Shown here: piece by piece, positions 9,035 through 15,908 of the stretch
Layout of the letters: each line of letters opens with the position of its first letter
Position numbering within the stretch: position 1 is the stretch's first letter
Source: an uncultured Clostridia bacterium
GTDB lineage: Bacteria > Bacillota > Clostridia > Monoglobales > Firm-18
Direction of reading: 5' to 3'
Assembly (NCBI GenBank): GCA_937914775.1
Contig: CALDNB010000023.1
Location: forward strand, 1 to 47,643
DNA length: 47,643 nucleotides
The notes under the pieces: generated by a model
Told to the model about the DNA's origin: nothing
Database searches by the model: none
The model's input: only the letters and a program-made list of their open reading frames with translations
Program-made: the position numbers and the translations under genes

Positions 9035-9070
9035 AAAAAAAGGCAAGATTCTTTTGAATCTTGCCTTTTT
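9035..9070 (-). terminator. bidirectional hairpin terminator downstream of the displaced tRNA 3' fragment
   Basis: AAAAAAAGGCAAGATTC-TTTT-GAATCTTGCCTTTTTT. Confidence 0.65.
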
Positions 9071-9096
9071 TGGTCTGAGTGGGGAGACTTGAACTC
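9069..9096. repeat. attL core: displaced copy of the tRNA-Pro 3' end
   Basis: TTTGGTCTGAGTGGGGAGACTTGAACTC is identical to 45101-45128. Confidence 0.85.
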
Positions 9097-9139
9097 TTAA
9101 AAAATGTTATAAAATCAAGTTTTATATGGGTTTTGACAC

Positions 9140-10159
9140 CTATTTTACATCTCTATTGACAAATCTATTTAGAAGTTCTGCAGTTGCTTCTTTACGCCTA
9201 CTACTTATATGAGTATAAATCTCTCTTGTGATATTTATATTTGAATGTCCCATCAGTTCCTGGGCATCTTTATCCTTTATTCCTGCTTCATACAATATTG
9301 TTGCGTAAGCATGTCTTAACTGATGGGGAGTTATTGTTAAACCTGTTTCTGCCGTGTATTTATGCCACAATCTTTCGAAATTTGAACCGTGAAGAAGTTC
9401 GCCATTCCCCGATGAAAAGATATATTCATTTTTCTTTCCCTTTGGAATTTTTTCTGCAAGGCAATCAAGCAATATTATATCTCTTATTCCTGCCTCAGTT
9501 TTAGGCGTTTTTATTTTAGGACTATTATTAGCATAAGAAACAGATTTTGTTATATGAATTATTTTATTATCAAAATCTATGTCTCCATATTGAAGTGCCA
9601 GGGCTTCTCCACGTCTGCATCCTGTATATAAAATAAAATAAGCAAACAATCCAAAAGGCACATTTACGCTTTTATTTACTATCTCAATTTGATTTGCTTC
9701 CGGCAGTTCCCTTCTTGTCTGTTTCAAGTTTTTTGGTACAGATACATAAGCACAGGGATTATTTTCCACATATCCATTTATAACTGCATACTTGAAAATC
9801 AGACTTATGATTGACAATTGAGCTTTTACAGTCTTAAAAGCAAATCCTTTTTTTGCAAATGCTTTTATAAATGCATCTATTTTAGATATACTAATGTCCT
9901 TTATAAATTCATTACCAAAATACTCGACGGCTCTGTGGCAACAAGGTTTATATCTTTTAGCAGTTGTGTCCGCAACGTCTTCATAATGTTCACGTTCCCA
10001 CTGGTCGGCCACCTCTTTGAACGTTAAGCCGTTTTTCTCTTTTTCCCGGTAATTCATTATTTTATTTATTACTTCTTTTTCTGTTTTTCCGTAAAAATAT
10101 ATTCGTTTTCCATTTATGTTTATTGACTTCTGAAGTCTGCCATCTTTTCTTTTTCCCAT
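9140..10159 (-). CDS. int: tyrosine integrase
   Basis: Catalytic residues are present: GCRRGEALAL (R), HQLRHAYAT (HxxR), GHSNINITREIYTH (H..Y). The gene abuts attL. Confidence 0.9.
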   Translation of the reverse strand: MGKRKDGRLQKSININGKRIYFYGKTEKEVINKIMNYREKEKNGLTFKEVADQWEREHYEDVADTTAKRYKPCCHRAVEYFGNEFIKDISISKIDAFIKAFAKKGFAFKTVKAQLSIISLIFKYAVINGYVENNPCAYVSVPKNLKQTRRELPEANQIEIVNKSVNVPFGLFAYFILYTGCRRGEALALQYGDIDFDNKIIHITKSVSYANNSPKIKTPKTEAGIRDIILLDCLAEKIPKGKKNEYIFSSGNGELLHGSNFERLWHKYTAETGLTITPHQLRHAYATILYEAGIKDKDAQELMGHSNINITREIYTHISSRRKEATAELLNRFVNRDVK

Positions 10160-10176
10160 AGTTTCACCCTAATATT

Positions 10177-10452
10177 TTACTTCTTTTGTTTAGCAATTTC
10201 AACAATTCTTTCGCTTATATACATATCAAGAACAAACAGTCCTCCAGGTAATGCAGTTATCATTCCTACAAAAAAGAAAATTCCCTCAACGACTTCTGCA
10301 AAAACATATTTGATTTTGTTCTTCCTGCTTTTGTTTTCCAAATAACTTATTTCGCAGCGTTTAGAGATGTATGTTGTTATTTTCATTACATACGCCAACA
10401 CTATACTAAATACAATGAAATAAAAAAATTCTTTAAATGTTATATAGTTCAT
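10177..10452 (-). CDS. 91-aa two-TM membrane protein, paralog of the N-terminus of the next gene
   Basis: FKEFFYFIVFSIV..C.ISYL..KNKIKY..ALPGGLFVLD aligns with FKFLFYYIIFSFA..C.LDYL..KDKIKY..IIPGLISLID. Confidence 0.6.
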   Translation of the reverse strand: MNYITFKEFFYFIVFSIVLAYVMKITTYISKRCEISYLENKSRKNKIKYVFAEVVEGIFFFVGMITALPGGLFVLDMYISERIVEIAKQKK

Positions 10453-10461
10453 ATTTTCACC

Positions 10462-11148
10462 TTAATATTTTCCGTGATAATAAAAATTATGGTAATCAGG
10501 TTCTCTACCGTCTGAGCGAGGAATAACACATGGAATATGACCATCAGTTATTTTTTCCATCTCTTCAGGGCTAATGCCGTTATCCTTTGCTACATCATCA
10601 AGCCCTTTTTTAAATTCTGCAATATATTGTTCTCTTTCATAATCGTACAATTCTTTTTTATCAAAATAATCAAAAGATTCATTATTGTATCTTGATTCAA
10701 AGGAATAGTATTTTTCATATCCATAATAGTCTTCATCATATCTTATTTCTAAATCGGTATCAATATCTAAAAGTCTATATGCCAATACTTTACCGTTATG
10801 GTATGCCCTTTTCATTTCTTCGGGTACCCATTTTTCTTTCAGTTTATCCATTAGTTTTCTATTTTCGTAATATTCAATACGTTCAAGAATTTTTTTGTGA
10901 TAGTTCTCTATTTCGGTATCTATTAGAGAAATAAGTCCAGGTATAATTGTAAGATACAAAAGAAACATTTTAATGATATCAATCCATACAAAAATGTTAT
11001 ATTTAATTTTATCCTTCTTTTTCTCTGTTGTTAAATAGTCTAAATAGCAATTATCACGGATAAAATCCAATACTTTTAATAAAAACGCAAAGGCAAAAGA
11101 GAATATTATATAATAAAACAAAAATTTGAAATTCAATTCTTCCATCAT
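10462..11148 (-). CDS. 228-aa membrane protein (two-TM N-terminus plus a Tyr/Glu/Asp-rich cytoplasmic domain)
   Basis: RBS AAGAGG. Sits between the integrase and the ImmA-like gene. No known domain is recognisable. Confidence 0.65.
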   Translation of the reverse strand: MMEELNFKFLFYYIIFSFAFAFLLKVLDFIRDNCYLDYLTTEKKKDKIKYNIFVWIDIIKMFLLYLTIIPGLISLIDTEIENYHKKILERIEYYENRKLMDKLKEKWVPEEMKRAYHNGKVLAYRLLDIDTDLEIRYDEDYYGYEKYYSFESRYNNESFDYFDKKELYDYEREQYIAEFKKGLDDVAKDNGISPEEMEKITDGHIPCVIPRSDGREPDYHNFYYHGKY

Positions 11149-11167
11149 GTTTTTACCTCTTACTTAG

Positions 11168-11404
11168 TTAATTAACATCAAAGTTTTCAAGTTGTTCCGT
11201 TGTTTCAATCTCATTAAAACAGTCATCGCAATTAATGTGTTTTAATTCGTGTTTTATTGCCCGGATTTTCCCTTCTTCTGACAAACGTGAATTTACTACT
11301 ATTGTATAGCCAGTTCCTATCGCATCAGGAACGGCACACGCTTTAACCGAATTAGGCATATTTACATAAAAATACCTAACATCATAGTTTTGCATATTCA
11401 ACAC
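11168..11404 (-). CDS. minimal ImmA/IrrE-like zinc metallopeptidase (78 aa)
   Basis: HExxH motif in IRAIKHELKHI, preceded by YTIVVNSRLS. Lies directly downstream of the XRE repressor, the usual ImmR-ImmA arrangement. Confidence 0.6.
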   Translation of the reverse strand: MLNMQNYDVRYFYVNMPNSVKACAVPDAIGTGYTIVVNSRLSEEGKIRAIKHELKHINCDDCFNEIETTEQLENFDVN

Positions 11405-11427
11405 CTCTTTACAATTGTTGTAAGAAA

Positions 11428-11436
11428 ATTATAGCA
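11428..11436 (-). promoter_or_regulatory. possible extended -10 (TGCTATAAT) between the repressor and immA-like genes
   Basis: Minus strand reads TTTGCTATAATTTTC. There is no convincing -35. Confidence 0.35.
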
Positions 11437-11462
11437 AACAGAGTGTACGAAAAAACGGGCAC

Positions 11463-11849
11463 TTATTTTCCAAGCAGTGTTTTTATTATCTGTACTGCTT
11501 TTTCAACATCTTCTTTTTTAGCGTTTTTAGTCAAACTGAACATCATTCGTAATTCGGGATTTGTTCTTACGGCCTCCAGGTATTCGTTTAATTCCTGCTC
11601 TTCCTCCGGAGTACGCAATGAAAAGTTGTTTTTGCTTGTATTGGAATCACTTTCATCAACCCCAAGCAAATAATCTATTGAAACACCGAAAAACTTGGAA
11701 ATTTGTGGCAAATATTTTTTGTATGATTCTGTATGCCCGTTTTTCCAATTAGTAAACGCGTTTTTCTTTAGTCCCAAATAATCTGTTAGGTCCTTTTGCC
11801 TCTTATTTTGTTTTTTCAATAGTACCGAAATAATATCAATAGTACCCAA
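11463..11849 (-). CDS. XRE-family CI-like repressor (TTG start)
   Basis: HTH segment KRQKDLTDYLGLKKNAFTNWKNG..ISKFFGVSIDYLLG. GGGAG lies 8 nt upstream of the TTG. Divergent from the early promoter. Confidence 0.85.
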   Translation of the reverse strand: MGTIDIISVLLKKQNKRQKDLTDYLGLKKNAFTNWKNGHTESYKKYLPQISKFFGVSIDYLLGVDESDSNTSKNNFSLRTPEEEQELNEYLEAVRTNPELRMMFSLTKNAKKEDVEKAVQIIKTLLGK

Positions 11850-11907
11850 AATTTACACTCCCTTTTTAGTAATTATTAACAAAAGTACTCAAATTTGAAA
11901 TTTTATG

Positions 11908-11936
11908 TTGACAGTTTCAAAAGCGGGTACTATAAT
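11908..11936 (+). promoter_or_regulatory. early lytic promoter, perfect consensus TTGACA-17-TATAAT
   Basis: TTGACA 11908-11913, 17-nt spacer, TATAAT 11931-11936. The palindrome TCAAATTTGA lies just upstream. Confidence 0.7.
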
Positions 11937-11973
11937 ATAATCATCAAAGACGAAACAATTGGAGTTTTTATTT

Positions 11974-12162
11974 ATGGATGTTTTCGAATTTTATGAAAGA
12001 TTAGGAAAGCGGTGTTCAGAGATTCAGGCATTAGGTCCTGAAGCAAATTGCCATTTGTGCGTTTTTAGAAAATTCTGTTACACTATTCCGTCAGACGTTT
12101 CTCCCAGTTTTCTTCAAGAAACTCAGGAGCGTCTGGAGACATATCGTACGGTAGAGGATTAA
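11974..12162 (+). CDS. hypothetical 62-aa ORF (weak call)
   Basis: First ORF after the early promoter, with GGAG 9 nt upstream. It overlaps the convergent ORF 12083-12367 by 80 nt, so one of the two may not be real. Confidence 0.3.
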   Translation: MDVFEFYERLGKRCSEIQALGPEANCHLCVFRKFCYTIPSDVSPSFLQETQERLETYRTVED

Positions 12163-12367
12163 TTAGTTCACAAGGTCTATTGTATAAATCTATTCCATTG
12201 CATTTGTGGGTTTTTAGCCAACCTTTGTAAACATTACACGTTCCTTTTTCAAAGCGATATACATTTTTATCCGGAATGTATCTATATTGTTTTTCGATTG
12301 TGACATAAATTGATTTTTTGTTACACTTGGTTTTTGTATATATATATTTATATTCCGGCATGTCCAT
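12083..12367 (-). CDS. hypothetical 94-aa protein (moron-like, with its own promoter)
   Basis: RBS GGAGG 9 nt upstream. The promoter at 12450-12478 faces it. Confidence 0.5.
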   Translation of the reverse strand: MDMPEYKYIYTKTKCNKKSIYVTIEKQYRYIPDKNVYRFEKGTCNVYKGWLKTHKCNGIDLYNRPCELINPLPYDMSPDAPEFLEENWEKRLTE

Positions 12368-12449
12368 TTATAACAACCTCCATAACCTTTTGTCTTACTG
12401 AAATAAAGAGCAATATTAAAATATCCTCCAAGATATACTTTGCTCTTTT

Positions 12450-12478
12450 ATTTTACAACAACCGACAGTAAAAGTCAA
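12450..12478 (-). promoter_or_regulatory. minus-strand promoter TTGACT-17-TAAAAT
   Basis: Minus strand: TTGACT (12478-12473), 17 nt, TAAAAT (12455-12450). Followed by the hairpin AAAGAGCAA..TTGCTCTTT in the leader. Confidence 0.5.
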
Positions 12479-12504
12479 TAATTGTTATATAAGGAGGTGT
12501 CAGT

Positions 12505-12699
12505 ATGCTCGGAATGGTATATTTGAGAATTAAAAACGGTTACGAAACGCAGGTGGCATTAGCAGAAAAAATGGGTGTAAAAAAACAGGTAATAAGTGCA
12601 CTTGAAAAGGGTGGTATTCATAACAGTCCTGTGTGGCAAGTGCGTTTGGCCGAATTATTTAATGTGTCTATTAGTGAAATTACAAAAGAAATTGTATAA
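12505..12699 (+). CDS. XRE-family HTH protein, Cro-like
   Basis: 64 aa, ETQVALAEKMGVKKQVISALEKG. RBS AAGGAGG. Confidence 0.8.
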   Translation: MLGMVYLRIKNGYETQVALAEKMGVKKQVISALEKGGIHNSPVWQVRLAELFNVSISEITKEIV

Positions 12700-12733
12700 G
12701 CAGTATTTCTGATTTGTTTAAGGAGGGATAAGG

Positions 12734-12868
12734 ATGAAATGGTTTAAAGATTATTTAAGTGGTATCAAAAGAAACCCACAGGAGCATTTATTTATTTTAT
12801 TATTACCTTGCATGTGTGCTTCTGTGTGTTTAATAGTTATTGGAATAATGCAATTATTGAAACAGTGA
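12734..12868 (+). CDS. 44-aa single-TM peptide (not in the ORF track)
   Basis: MKWFKDYLSGIKRNPQEHLFILLLPCMCASVCLIVIGIMQLLKQ. RBS AAGGAGGG. Confidence 0.45.
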   Translation: MKWFKDYLSGIKRNPQEHLFILLLPCMCASVCLIVIGIMQLLKQ

Positions 12869-12888
12869 GTTCGAGGAGGGATGTTAAA

Positions 12889-13083
12889 ATGTGGAAAACC
12901 ATTGCAGTTATAGCAATAGTGCTGTTATATGTATTGATGGCTATGGTAACTTGTTTTAAGTTTAAAAAGTTAAAAAAATGCACAACGGTAATTCTGTTAT
13001 ACATAGCAGAACACGTTATGCTTATTTTGATATTATTGGGATCATTACTTTTTTTATCAACACTTAAAATAATAATGCTATGA
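12889..13083 (+). CDS. 64-aa two-TM membrane protein
   Basis: Internal ATG of the track ORF 12808-13083, preceded by GAGGAGGG. Confidence 0.5.
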   Translation: MWKTIAVIAIVLLYVLMAMVTCFKFKKLKKCTTVILLYIAEHVMLILILLGSLLFLSTLKIIML

Positions 13084-13336
13084 CAGCAATAACTGTTGAA
13101 ATTACGGTACAAAATATGATGATAGGTTTTTCGTAATCATTTATGAATGAACCAAATTTACCATACCTTTTTAATCTTAGCAGTTTATTAATATGTTTTT
13201 TCAGGTTTTTAAGTTCGTCTTTAGACATAAGTTCAATGTAATTAAGTGATAGTTCGTATTTTGTACGAAACTTTATATTTTCTGATTTGTGTTTACTTAG
13301 GTTATTATAAATAGTTTTAATATAATCATTTGACAA
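13064..13336 (-). CDS. about 90-aa tail-anchored membrane protein (TTG start), moron-like
   Basis: GAGGTG then TTG at 13336. C-terminal TM segment IIIFCTVISTVIAVIALLF. Its 3' end overlaps the convergent ORF by 20 nt. Confidence 0.55.
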   Translation of the reverse strand: MSNDYIKTIYNNLSKHKSENIKFRTKYELSLNYIELMSKDELKNLKKHINKLLRLKRYGKFGSFINDYEKPIIIFCTVISTVIAVIALLF

Positions 13337-13354
13337 AACAATCACCTCAATTTG

Positions 13355-13383
13355 ATTATAGCACGTAAGCACAAATTTGTAAA
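13355..13383 (-). promoter_or_regulatory. minus-strand promoter TTTACA-17-TATAAT with TGn
   Basis: Minus strand: TTTACA (13383-13378), 17 nt, TGCTATAAT. The palindrome ACAAATTTGT (13371-13380) overlaps the -35. Confidence 0.6.
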
Positions 13384-13408
13384 TGTGCAAACAAAAGGAG
13401 GGATAAGG

Positions 13409-13609
13409 ATGCCTATTTTTAACGAGGACAAGGTCACATACGCCAACAAATTAAGAGAGTCGTTTCCGGGAAAGGAATTACTGACTGTTACAGACTTATC
13501 CGTATTTTGCGGAATTAGTGATTCCAGGACGATAAAGAAAATTTTCAACATTACAAAGCCCTGCTACATAGCGGTTGAGAGAGCAGCATCGGTGTTGAGT
13601 AAACTTTAG
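13409..13609 (+). CDS. 66-aa putative DNA-binding protein (HTH-like LLTVTDLSVFCGISDSRTIKK)
   Basis: Internal ATG with AAGGAGGG. The same 17-nt RBS-to-start cassette occurs at 12720-12736. Confidence 0.5.
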   Translation: MPIFNEDKVTYANKLRESFPGKELLTVTDLSVFCGISDSRTIKKIFNITKPCYIAVERAASVLSKL

Positions 13610-13624
13610 GGGAGGAGTGATTTT

Positions 13625-13801
13625 ATGAAAAAAGTGCAAGGCAAGGTGGAAATGATGGTTTTAAAAGAAGAACAGGTCATTGTCAAGAGGACCTGGATAA
13701 TGATTGTCAAACCCGATGGTGAGCACAGATACGAATGTTATTCTGATTACCACACGTTAGATGGTGAATACATTGGCAGTACCGGGAAGGGCAGGGATTA
13801 A
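13625..13801 (+). CDS. hypothetical 58-aa protein (not in the track)
   Basis: GGAGGAG RBS. MKKVQGKVEMMVLKEEQVIVKRTW... Confidence 0.45.
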   Translation: MKKVQGKVEMMVLKEEQVIVKRTWIMIVKPDGEHRYECYSDYHTLDGEYIGSTGKGRD

Positions 13802-13803
13802 AA

Positions 13804-13959
13804 ATGTCAAAGAAAAAGCAATTGCCGTTGGACAAGGCGGTTAAGGAGTTAAACAAGTACAACAAGGAGCACGGCACAAATTTATCCTGGGGAAAATACA
13901 GTGCAATCCGGGAACTGGAAAAAGGAGGCGATAAGAAATGCAGGGAGCAAGTTACATAA
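13804..13959 (+). CDS. hypothetical 51-aa protein (not in the track)
   Basis: Tightly packed after the previous stop. MSKKKQLPLDKAVKELNKYNKEHG... Confidence 0.4.
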   Translation: MSKKKQLPLDKAVKELNKYNKEHGTNLSWGKYSAIRELEKGGDKKCREQVT

Positions 13960-14150
13960 TAACCTTATTATCGATTACGGGTACCATTGCCAATGCATTT
14001 CAAAAAAAGTGGTGTTTCTATTTATGGCTTGGTACCAACACATTCTGGGTAGTATATGACATCATAATCGGCGCATACGGACAAGCGCTGCTTTATGTAG
14101 TGAACGCCGTCATGTGCGTCGTGGGGTTAATCAAGTGGAAGAAAAACTGA
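13938..14150 (+). CDS. 70-aa three-TM protein resembling a single PnuC repeat
   Basis: ITGTIANAFQKKWCFYLWLGTNTFWVVYDIIIGAYGQALLYVVNAVMCVVGLIKWKK parallels the host PnuC repeat (..NAKGN..YG..VSWLKN / ..YGFINWQK). RBS GGAGG. Confidence 0.55.
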   Translation: MQGASYIITLLSITGTIANAFQKKWCFYLWLGTNTFWVVYDIIIGAYGQALLYVVNAVMCVVGLIKWKKN

Positions 14151-14171
14151 ATATGAAAGGAGAAGAAAGCA

Positions 14172-14423
14172 GTGACAAAGTTATTTGAATTTTTGCAGGT
14201 GATTACGGGGTTTATGATTTGCGGATTTATAAGCGCCTGCGACAACGGAGAGCCGATGGGACGGCAGGTGCTCCTGGTATTAGGTGGGTTTTTAGCAATA
14301 TACGTTTTCCAATGCATAAAAAAAGACTGCCAACGAATTGCAGTTCGTAAAGCAGCCAAGCAAAAAAATGACCACATTTATAGTAACACAAATCAAGACC
14401 ATTGTCAAGCAAAATCTGCTTAA
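14172..14423 (+). CDS. 83-aa membrane protein (GTG start)
   Basis: AAAGGAG RBS and two hydrophobic segments. Confidence 0.5.
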   Translation: MTKLFEFLQVITGFMICGFISACDNGEPMGRQVLLVLGGFLAIYVFQCIKKDCQRIAVRKAAKQKNDHIYSNTNQDHCQAKSA

Positions 14424-14444
14424 CATTTGTCCGGCATAGTTTTT

Positions 14445-14480
14445 AAGGTGAAAAAAGCATAGTTTTTTTCACCTTTCTTC
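14445..14480 (+). terminator. terminator-like hairpin
   Basis: AAGGTGAAAAAA-GCATAG-TTTTTTTCACCTT. Confidence 0.55.
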
Positions 14481-14496
14481 ACTATTCTCTTTTACT

Positions 14497-14598
14497 CGTT
14501 ACGAAGTAACATATCGTGTTTGAGCATAGTGAAAACATATCGAGCAAACGAAGTTTGCATATCAAAATTTGTGAAACAAATTATATACGGGGGTTATT
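14497..14598 (+). promoter_or_regulatory. duplicated regulatory module, copy 1
   Basis: GTTACGAAGTAAC palindrome, three (A/C)CATATC(G/A)A boxes, then the AATTTGTGAAACAAATT palindrome just before the RBS. Homologous to 18676-18772. Confidence 0.6.
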
Positions 14599-14760
14599 AT
14601 GTTCAGTATTATTTTAAAATTACGGCAGAAGTTCTGCAGACACAGGTACCTACGGGAATACATAAACGGATACAGAGTTATTGACGGTGCTCTGGTCCGG
14701 GCACAAAAGTACACCTGCGTTAAGTGCGGGAAAATTTCATACAAGATTGAAAGGAACTGA
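14599..14760 (+). CDS. 53-aa zinc-ribbon-like protein (not in the track)
   Basis: GGGGG RBS. MFSIILKLRQKFCRHRY...YTCVKCGKISYKIERN. Confidence 0.5.
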   Translation: MFSIILKLRQKFCRHRYLREYINGYRVIDGALVRAQKYTCVKCGKISYKIERN

Positions 14761-14766
14761 TTATTA

Positions 14767-15126
14767 ATGAGCAGACCAAATCATTTAACAAAAATCATAT
14801 CACAACAGAGGCAACTTGCATCAGAAGTTGCTTATTCCTGTGTTAAGGATATTTTATACGTTATATCGGCATCCATTGCTTCCCAGTTATACGAGAGAGG
14901 ATACGGTAAGCAGGGCATAAAAAGGTTTATGGACGGTGTTTTCAGTTATGTCCAGGAGTTTGTTGACAATGCAAAAGGTGAATACATAGACGAAAAGGGC
15001 TACACCCAGCATCGTAACATAAAATATGCTGCAAAGCGGTTAGCAGAGAGACAGGAAGAAATTATGGGAAAAGAGCCGTTAATTTACGACATCGGTGAGT
15101 TAGTGGAACTTATTATGAAGAAGTAG
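14767..15126 (+). CDS. hypothetical 119-aa protein
   Basis: ORF in the operon, with no recognisable motif. Confidence 0.55.
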   Translation: MSRPNHLTKIISQQRQLASEVAYSCVKDILYVISASIASQLYERGYGKQGIKRFMDGVFSYVQEFVDNAKGEYIDEKGYTQHRNIKYAAKRLAERQEEIMGKEPLIYDIGELVELIMKK

Positions 15127-15134
15127 GTGGGAAG

Positions 15135-15896
15135 ATGAAAGCCATATTAAAATATCCAGGAAGCAAGTGGCGTATTTCTGAATGGCTTTTAAGTCATTTT
15201 CCAGAACACAAAGTATATTGTGAGCCGTTCTTTGGTAGCGGTGCGGTTTTCTTTAACAAAAAACCGTCTTATATTGAAACCATAAATGATGTTGATGGAA
15301 ACATTGTTAATCTGTTTCGGGTTTGCCGGGAACAACCTGAAGCACTCGCAAAAGCGATAGAATTTACACCGTTTTCGCGAGAAGAATATATTGACTGCTA
15401 TGACATGAGTGTAGATGATAAGGTTGAACGAGCCCGTCGGACATTAGTGAGGTATCATCAATCTTTTGGTACTACAAACAGTTGCCGAAAGTCCTGGCGT
15501 AATGTTCAGACTTATGGAGGACCAAGATGTGCAACGATGTGGAATTATCTTCCGGGCGTTATATTGGATTGTTGCAAAAGACTTAAAAATGCGCAGATTG
15601 AAAATATAGATGGTGTGGAACTTATAAAAAGATATAACCACCCGGACACGCTTATATATGTTGACCCACCATATTTGCAATCCCTTCGAAAGAAAGCAAT
15701 GTATATTCACGAATTTGAAGAAATAAGGCACATCGAGTTACTTTATGCACTTAAACAAAGTAATTCTATGATTGTCTTAAGTGGATATGACAATGACTTA
15801 TATAATGAGATGCTTTCAGGGTGGCGAACTGACACCAAGGACACGCTGGCTCAAATGGGCTTACACAGGACAGAAAAAATATGGATGAATTTTTAA
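15135..15896 (+). CDS. dam: orphan Dam-family N6-adenine DNA methyltransferase
   Basis: LKYPGSKWRI, EPFFGSGAVFF (SAM binding) and VDPPY (catalytic DPPY). No restriction partner is present. Confidence 0.9.
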   Translation: MKAILKYPGSKWRISEWLLSHFPEHKVYCEPFFGSGAVFFNKKPSYIETINDVDGNIVNLFRVCREQPEALAKAIEFTPFSREEYIDCYDMSVDDKVERARRTLVRYHQSFGTTNSCRKSWRNVQTYGGPRCATMWNYLPGVILDCCKRLKNAQIENIDGVELIKRYNHPDTLIYVDPPYLQSLRKKAMYIHEFEEIRHIELLYALKQSNSMIVLSGYDNDLYNEMLSGWRTDTKDTLAQMGLHRTEKIWMNF

Positions 15897-15908
15897 GGAG
15901 TGAGAGGT

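Noticed and set aside
12720-13411. The 17-nt identical RBS-to-start cassette AAGGAGGGATAAGGATG (12720 and 13395) as a mobile-element terminal repeat
   Set aside because: It is too short and consists mainly of a strong SD plus ATG. It is mentioned only as a possible module border and is not called a mobile element.
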